A DNA stretch of 64,000 bases from Eutreptiella sp. 'Long Island Sound 2002' (lineage: Eukaryota > Protista > Euglenida), in the NCBI GenBank assembly GCA_964036045.1, contig OZ038378.1:185752001-185816000 (forward strand). The letters run 5' to 3'. Positions 58,422-64,000 of this stretch are shown here, piece after piece (the stretch's first letter is position 1; every line of letters starts with the position of its first letter). The notes below the pieces were generated by a model. The model had not been told where the DNA came from. It ran no database searches and saw nothing but the letters and a program-made list of their open reading frames with translations. A program made the translations under genes and the position numbers.

Positions 58422-59252
58422 GGCGAGCCCGTCCCGCCTGTTGACCACAACCCGGTCTTCCATTCACCCGGCGCCGCACCGCTGCACCGCCGTAGGGACT
58501 GTCCTGTTCGCCTGCTTCCCCTGTCAGCCAGCAGTCTCGAGACTGGAACGCAGCACTTGTCCCAGCCCCCTCCAAGTCAGGGAAAACAACGGTCACACAG
58601 GGGTCCTGTGCCTAAGGTAGCACCTACCGGCAGCCGGTCCCTGTACCATTGGCTGAAAATCACGCGCTGCGCTCGCGCAACAGGGGACAGCGTACGTTAA
58701 TTGCCCTTGAAGCATTGGTTAGGTTGGTGGCAACACATGGCACTTGGTAATCGCAAGAACATTCCCGTTTTTGGTATTCCGCTGCAGAAGGCAGGCTTTT
58801 TGTAGAAGGGGGAGGAAGGGGGGGGGATTGGTCTGAGATCAAAGGGTTTGTGTACCAAAAATGGCTCAAAAATCTTTTCCCTTTAGAAAATTTGATTTTT
58901 ACCCTGAGAGATTTCTGCCGGAGGGGTGGAGGTCTGAGGAGGGGGGGGGGGGGGGATCGTCCTCCTTCCCCTTTTCCGGTCTCAGCACAAGCCTGCCAGG
59001 CGGGTGTGCAGGAGACATACTGTCAGCAACATGCTGCCGGTCAATTTGAGAGGCCAGCGCACCATACTGGAGAGGGAGCTGGCTGCTGGTGGCAGTGTCA
59101 CAGTCATCACTGGGATTGGAGTCCACAATGCCGGTGGAGCGGTGACTGACATGGTCAAACACTCCTGTGAAGATCCCCTCGTCTCTTGCACTGTCAACCA
59201 CCATTTCTTACAAACAAGAGGCTGCAGCACGAGGGTCATGCACGTGATTTAG
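58422..59252 (+). CDS. Possible Smr-domain gene fragment (2 exons) or pseudogene
   Basis: Exon 58986-59252 encodes VNLRGQRTILERELAAGGSVTVITGIGVHNAGGAVTDMVKHSC, resembling Smr DLHG...VITGxGxHS. A phase-0 AG/GT-bounded candidate exon lies at 58422-58616. Confidence 0.45.
58780..58965. mobile_element. Family B repeat, reverse-orientation copy
   Basis: ggtctgagatcaaagggtttgtgtaccaaaaatggctc...poly-G is an inverted homologue of 15300-15425. Confidence 0.5.
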
Positions 59253-59257
59253 CAAGG

Positions 59258-61100
59258 CCCCCCGCCCCGCCCCCCCCTTGTCCAAGCTACGCAACAGTCC
59301 CAAACTGAACGGTCCCTACATGGACTGTAGCTTAGGGGGTGCACCATGCGCTGTGTGCACGCTGTGCAGAAGGTAGGCTATTTTGGGCCAGTTGTCCCTG
59401 GTATTGCTGCAGCCCCTCACACATTGCTGTTGTTTGGCCAACGGGGGAGCCAGAGCATGCAGGGTGCACACCGGGCAAACTTTTTGGACCGTTCGCCACC
59501 CGTGACCATTTTTGTCACCCCCCCCCCACCACCACCTCCACCAAACAATCCACAAAATGAGTGGGCCCTTGAGTTGGGGATATTATAGAGCACGGATGGA
59601 ACATTTTTTCGCCCGCCATTGGTCTTGGAAGGTTGTCCGTGACATTTGACTCGGTCCCATGCGGATTTGCATGCTGATACGCACATCCTCTTGCACTTCA
59701 CCCAAGTCATGGTGAGGAGGCAAAAGCAGTATCAACCTTACGACCCTAACCCTAACCCTACGGCCCATGGGAGCACACTCCATTTGGAGAGAGGACGAAG
59801 CCGCTGAGGTTGATGAGGAAGATGATGATACTTATCTTTGCCAAGTTTGTGGCAAAAAGGACAGATGGGAATGCTCAACATGTAAAATTCATTTGTGCGC
59901 AAATTGCTTGCACGAGCATACTTGTGATATTGATGTCCTTCAGTGGCCACTTATTTTTTTTCTTCAAAATGTCACATGCCTGTCTCATGTGGCAAGTATA
60001 TAATGCGTTGTCACCACAGAGGACATCCGTTTGGGACCACAACTCAGTGTGGGAATGTGCAATGATTCAGTGCTGTTTTTGCCATGTGCACATGTGCTTC
60101 CCCAGTGGTGGGTGGATTTTAGGGTGGTAACGGCAAAATTGCGTTTCTATTTGGCGCTGTGTGCGCGCTGTGCAGAAACACCCCCTTAGACAAGACTCTA
60201 AGACCGACCCATACCTGAGTCACCACACGGTAGAAATAACTGGACACCCAGGTTCAAAAAGAGAGGATTCCATGGTGATCTGGTGCAAGAAAGGGTAACG
60301 ATAATGCCCAAACTTCCTCCAAGTCAAGCTGTGGGGGTTGAAATGAGCAAACACTGCCAATACAGATGTCTTATGTGGCTGCACTACATTTGGTCCCGAA
60401 TTACATTATGTCCCAAGTTATCTCACTCAAAGAGGACATCTCAGACTTGTTCTGCCCGCCCGCACTGTCTTGCTCACTCGCACTAGACATCTCTTCCAAT
60501 CCCCACTCTTCCCACAGCAATTGCACGTGCTGCCTCTCCTCCAGCAGCGCCGAGTTGTTCAGGTGCGACTCGCGACCATGCCCTGTTCATACCTCATCAC
60601 CCACCACATCCCTCTCCCATGAAATTGACTCTCACAGGGGGAGCACCGGTGCCGCGCAATTGTCCATTGTGACTTGGGCGAGGGCTGGGGGCAATTACAT
60701 TCGGAGCACCATTGACATGTGGCGTCTGGGGGGTGGGCAAGCAAAAAAGAGTGGGATACACAGGATACACATTTATTGAGAAATGCACTCGAAGAAGAAC
60801 ACACTCCCAGTGGAGGACATGCTCCTGTTGGACTGTACGACCACCTGATGGAACTGGGAGGTCATGGCTGTGTATTGTGGTGTACGATATGAAATCACTG
60901 CACATGCAGGCTGGGACCAAGAATGGGGTCAGCTGGGATTACAGAAGATGCCCTCCCCGGCAACCTTCCATACATCGACGATGGTTGTCACCCTTCAGAA
61001 TCACTCTGGCGCATACCACAATATATTGCATGTATAAACGCGGCGCGACCGTATTAATTCCGTACTTTTGCGTAGCTTAGACAAGAGGGGGGGGGGGGGG
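59258..61100. mobile_element. Family D TIR element with nested insertions
   Basis: Left poly-C plus cttgtccaagctacgcaacagt (59277-59298) versus right acttttgcgtagcttagacaag plus poly-G (61064-61100). It contains a Harbinger-like insert and an RNase H family tail (QLLWEEWGLEEM, ~60480-60620, minus strand). Confidence 0.7.
59335..60185 (+). mobile_element. 851-bp Harbinger/Tourist-like insertion (TTA TSD, GGGGGTG termini)
   Basis: tta|gggggtgc ... acaccccc|tta. Removing it restores gtagcttagacaag, the family D motif seen intact at 61072-61085 and 61504-61517. Confidence 0.7.
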
Positions 61101-61859
61101 TAGTATAGACGTCAGCAAACCCCGGACGGCAGGAACACAGGAGTCACCAAGGTTGGTTTCAGATGGGACAGCGCCTTGTGGTGCGTTGCTGCCCCGTGAG
61201 CCTATCTGTGGGGGCGCCGACCATGGTCTTGCTGGCGATGTGTGTCGAGCTTAGACAAGGCCGTAGCTTGCACCGCGACACATACAACTACCGGCACACA
61301 CGCCACCACCACGAAAAGTGAAGATAATGTACAAATATCCCCAAAATCAGAGCTCTGCCGGTTCAAGTGGGCAAACAATCACAACATGTCCATGACTCCA
61401 TGCAATTGGCTGATTTGTCGTCAAAACCATGTCTTGTGCGGTTGCATTACATTTTGTATTGAATTAAATTAGGTACGGAATTAATAAGGTCCCTACGCCC
61501 GCTGTAGCTTAGACAAGGCCGTAGCTTAGCCATAATCCGACGATGGCCGTCACCCCTGGTATCCCACTGGCAGGAAATCACTGTTTAGATGTACAGCAAA
61601 CACGGCGGAGCCGCGCCCAAGCGTCCAGCAAGGCGGCGAAGCCGCCCTCACGTGTGCGTGCACATCCCGTGCATCTGCCCTCCTGCCCTGATGGATAGGG
61701 TCTGTGACTATGCATCTGCCCCCCTCCGGCCCTCACGCATTCGTCTTTTGCGGAGCCCTTGTCCCTCCCTCACGTCTGTACTGAACCCTCAGCTTGCTGA
61801 ATCCACGACCGAACCCGTCGACGCCCCCCCCCCCCCTGACGAGAAGGATGAGCCTAATG

Positions 61860-63900
61860 ACGTCGAGCTGCCCGCGGAGACGCTGTCCCTCCGCAGCCGT
61901 CCCTCCGCACTGAGGGGTTCGAATCTGATGACCATACCTGTGACCTCATTGGACTTAGGCCTAACGCCACCCACACCGGCTCACTTTGGCGACGGCGCTT
62001 ATTATGAGGGTGTCGCTGTCGCCCCTCTTCCGCCAGCGCGTCTGCCTCATCATTGCCCCGGACGTTAATGTGAGAGGGAGTCCATACCACTTTCACCTGT
62101 GACCCCACCGTTTGCCGCAGGTCCCAGACCTCTGTCCAGAGGTCACTATGGCCAATGGCTAAGTGTTTGCACTGCGTGGGCACTGCGTGCATATTGCGCA
62201 CGCAGAGGCTAGGATACTCACCCAAGAATACCTGTCACCTGTTTACTAGCACGGCAAAGCAGCAAAGCCCACATTAGAACAACAAAACTGCCTTCAGCTT
62301 GGTAATCAAGTGTCGTTATGAACAAGCAAATCAGCCTTATAAAGTACAACTATGCAAGGGCATGCAAGATGCACACATGTTCAAGTTCTGGCTTTTGGTC
62401 TTGTGAGCATTGTGTTAAGTTACTTACGTTCATGCTCACAAGTACACAAAGTTAGCGTTTGCGCACGATAAAGACTTGGGTTTTCGACACCCTTAAGTGG
62501 CCCAAAACACCCTTGTTAGCCGCTTCCCCAAAGGAAGCGATATGCCCATGTGAAAGGGGTATGAAAGGAAGGCAAAGGGGGGAGATGTAGAGTTCCCAAC
62601 GAACTCGTGGTCCTTGGTAACCATGAGTTCGGTCACTTGACGGAAAAGCTTGCGGGGGAGGCAATTAGGGGGAAATGGTTGACAATTCAAATATGCCACA
62701 TCCTAAATGCTTGGGAAGCCACAAAAGCCCTGGTACGGAACCAATAAATTGTGAAAAGGGGCCAAAACTAGGGTTCGAGTATTTGCCGACATCCAAAACT
62801 TCGCACTGCGTGCGCACTGCGTGCATGGCATTCCCAATCTCCCGCCCACTCGAGCGCCACCCATGCCGTGCCCATTTAATCGACCACTCAGTGACGCCCT
62901 TGTAGACATACTCTGAATCTAAAATGACAACTAATCGCTCTGTTCCTCTCCTCGTGCGCAGAGCCTGCAGGACCCCCTGCAGCTCTGCCCGGCTGATGCT
63001 CTGTCGCTCATCCGTGGGGACAGGGGATGAAAAATTCCTTTCCGACTCCTCCCCAAACAGACCCCGTATCCTGCCTGCCAGCAGCCCCCCACGTGCTTGG
63101 TTGATCCGTCCGTGTACGATGTGGCTCACCCCTCCGCTTCCAACAGCGAAATGCGTTGCAGGACCTCTTCCTTATATTTTCCCCACTTCTGTTCTTTTGT
63201 CATTACCGTGCATGCCGGCCTCTTCTCCGGATACACCCCCGGAGCCGGCTGCCGGTGCTGGAACATACCTCCGTCAAACAAACGTGCCATATCATACACC
63301 ATCTTCTAGGTATATACTATGACCTCCAAATATTCTACCTTCACCATGCCCCCCAACAGCAAATCCTTCCACCGCACGATCCCTGCCCTGACCAACTTTG
63401 GAGACACATACGTGAGCCCCATTTCTCCCCGAAAAAAGACATGCCCATGTGCCACACGCCCATGTCAGAAAGCATGTGCGCCCCCCCCCCCCCCCCCCCG
63501 CGACATACTTGTGAGTAGGCCCTCAGTGAGCCCTGCAAAAAGGTCTGTACTAAACTGATCGGAATCCGACCTTGCCCCCAACAATTCCTGTCCATTTGAC
63601 GAGTCCACCCCTCCCAACTCGCCTGCCAAGGGCCAAGCAACGGGTTGTCCAAACAACACAGGGTGTTGTTTCCGCACCTTCTTGGAACTGTGAAATTGGT
63701 CGTTCCCTTCCTTGGTTACGGTGCACATCAGAGCTGTTGATCTTGTTTTGCATGATTTGCAGGTGATTGTGGTGGCAAGTTGTATTGGTGGATATTTTAT
63801 GCAACCTCTGATATAGCCTAGACAGATTGCGTGTTTGGTTGGCCAGTCCTCCTCTAATGCAAGCACAAGAGAAGTGTACACTCATTAGTGAGCCTTGGCT
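61860..63900 (-). mobile_element. Retroelement fragment with an RNase H1-type domain, split by a 677-bp insertion
   Basis: YTDGSTKHVGGCWQAGYGV (frameshift) ...ERQSISRAELQGVLQAL...VILDSEYVYKGVTEWSIKWARHGWRSSGREI|GHSDLW...VVWTPSHINVRGNDEADALAEEG. Confidence 0.85.
62157..62833. mobile_element. 677-bp insertion with a 5-bp TSD and near-terminal direct repeats
   Basis: CCAAT at 62152-62156 and 62834-62838. Removal restores the in-frame GREIGHSDLW. gcactgcgtg(g/c)gcactgcgtgcat occurs at 62169-62192 and 62803-62826. Confidence 0.8.
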
Positions 63901-64000
63901 CAGGTCTTTGCACTCATTTGCACAGTGTCTTGAGATTGCTGTGACAGGACGGCAACCATCACCATAACATCTTCCCCCCAAGAACCTGCCTTCCCCCTCA

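Noticed and set aside
59744-59760. Telomeric CCCTAA repeats (degenerate versions at ~17120 and ~30920)
   Set aside because: Fewer than three units and internal to elements; not a chromosome end.

Overview
Eukaryotic, intron-rich, transposon-saturated genomic DNA; most of the six-frame ORF track is noise from GC-rich repeats and microsatellites. The taxon cannot be fixed from sequence, though a protist is plausible (inference). Manual splicing with GT-AG sites and phase-matched joins recovers these genes, all on the minus strand: (1) the 3' part of a coiled-coil repeat protein (2397-7911); (2) a 7-exon type II membrane-anchored six-bladed Kelch protein (21314-33532); (3) an apparently intronless Sel1-repeat protein (37000-37593); (4) a gene with a clear histone stem-loop-binding protein (SLBP) RNA-binding domain split by a 2.7 kb intron (exons 53222-53014 and 50287-50220). 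Gene 4 has further in-phase exons running toward an SP-RING/MIZ (SUMO E3-type) zinc-finger exon at 46291-46051. The possible SLBP + SP-RING fusion is the most interesting object, but the link across 49068-46292 is inferred, not proven. A weaker Smr-like gene fragment lies on the plus strand (58422-59252). Introns and intergenic DNA hold a 1.4 kb CAACA satellite, several MITE families (some with G/C-homopolymer termini), a hAT deletion derivative with a 7-bp TSD, a Harbinger-like insert, LINE remnants and at least six decayed copies of a retroelement ending in a cellular-type RNase H1 domain. No rRNA, tRNA gene or CRISPR array was found.
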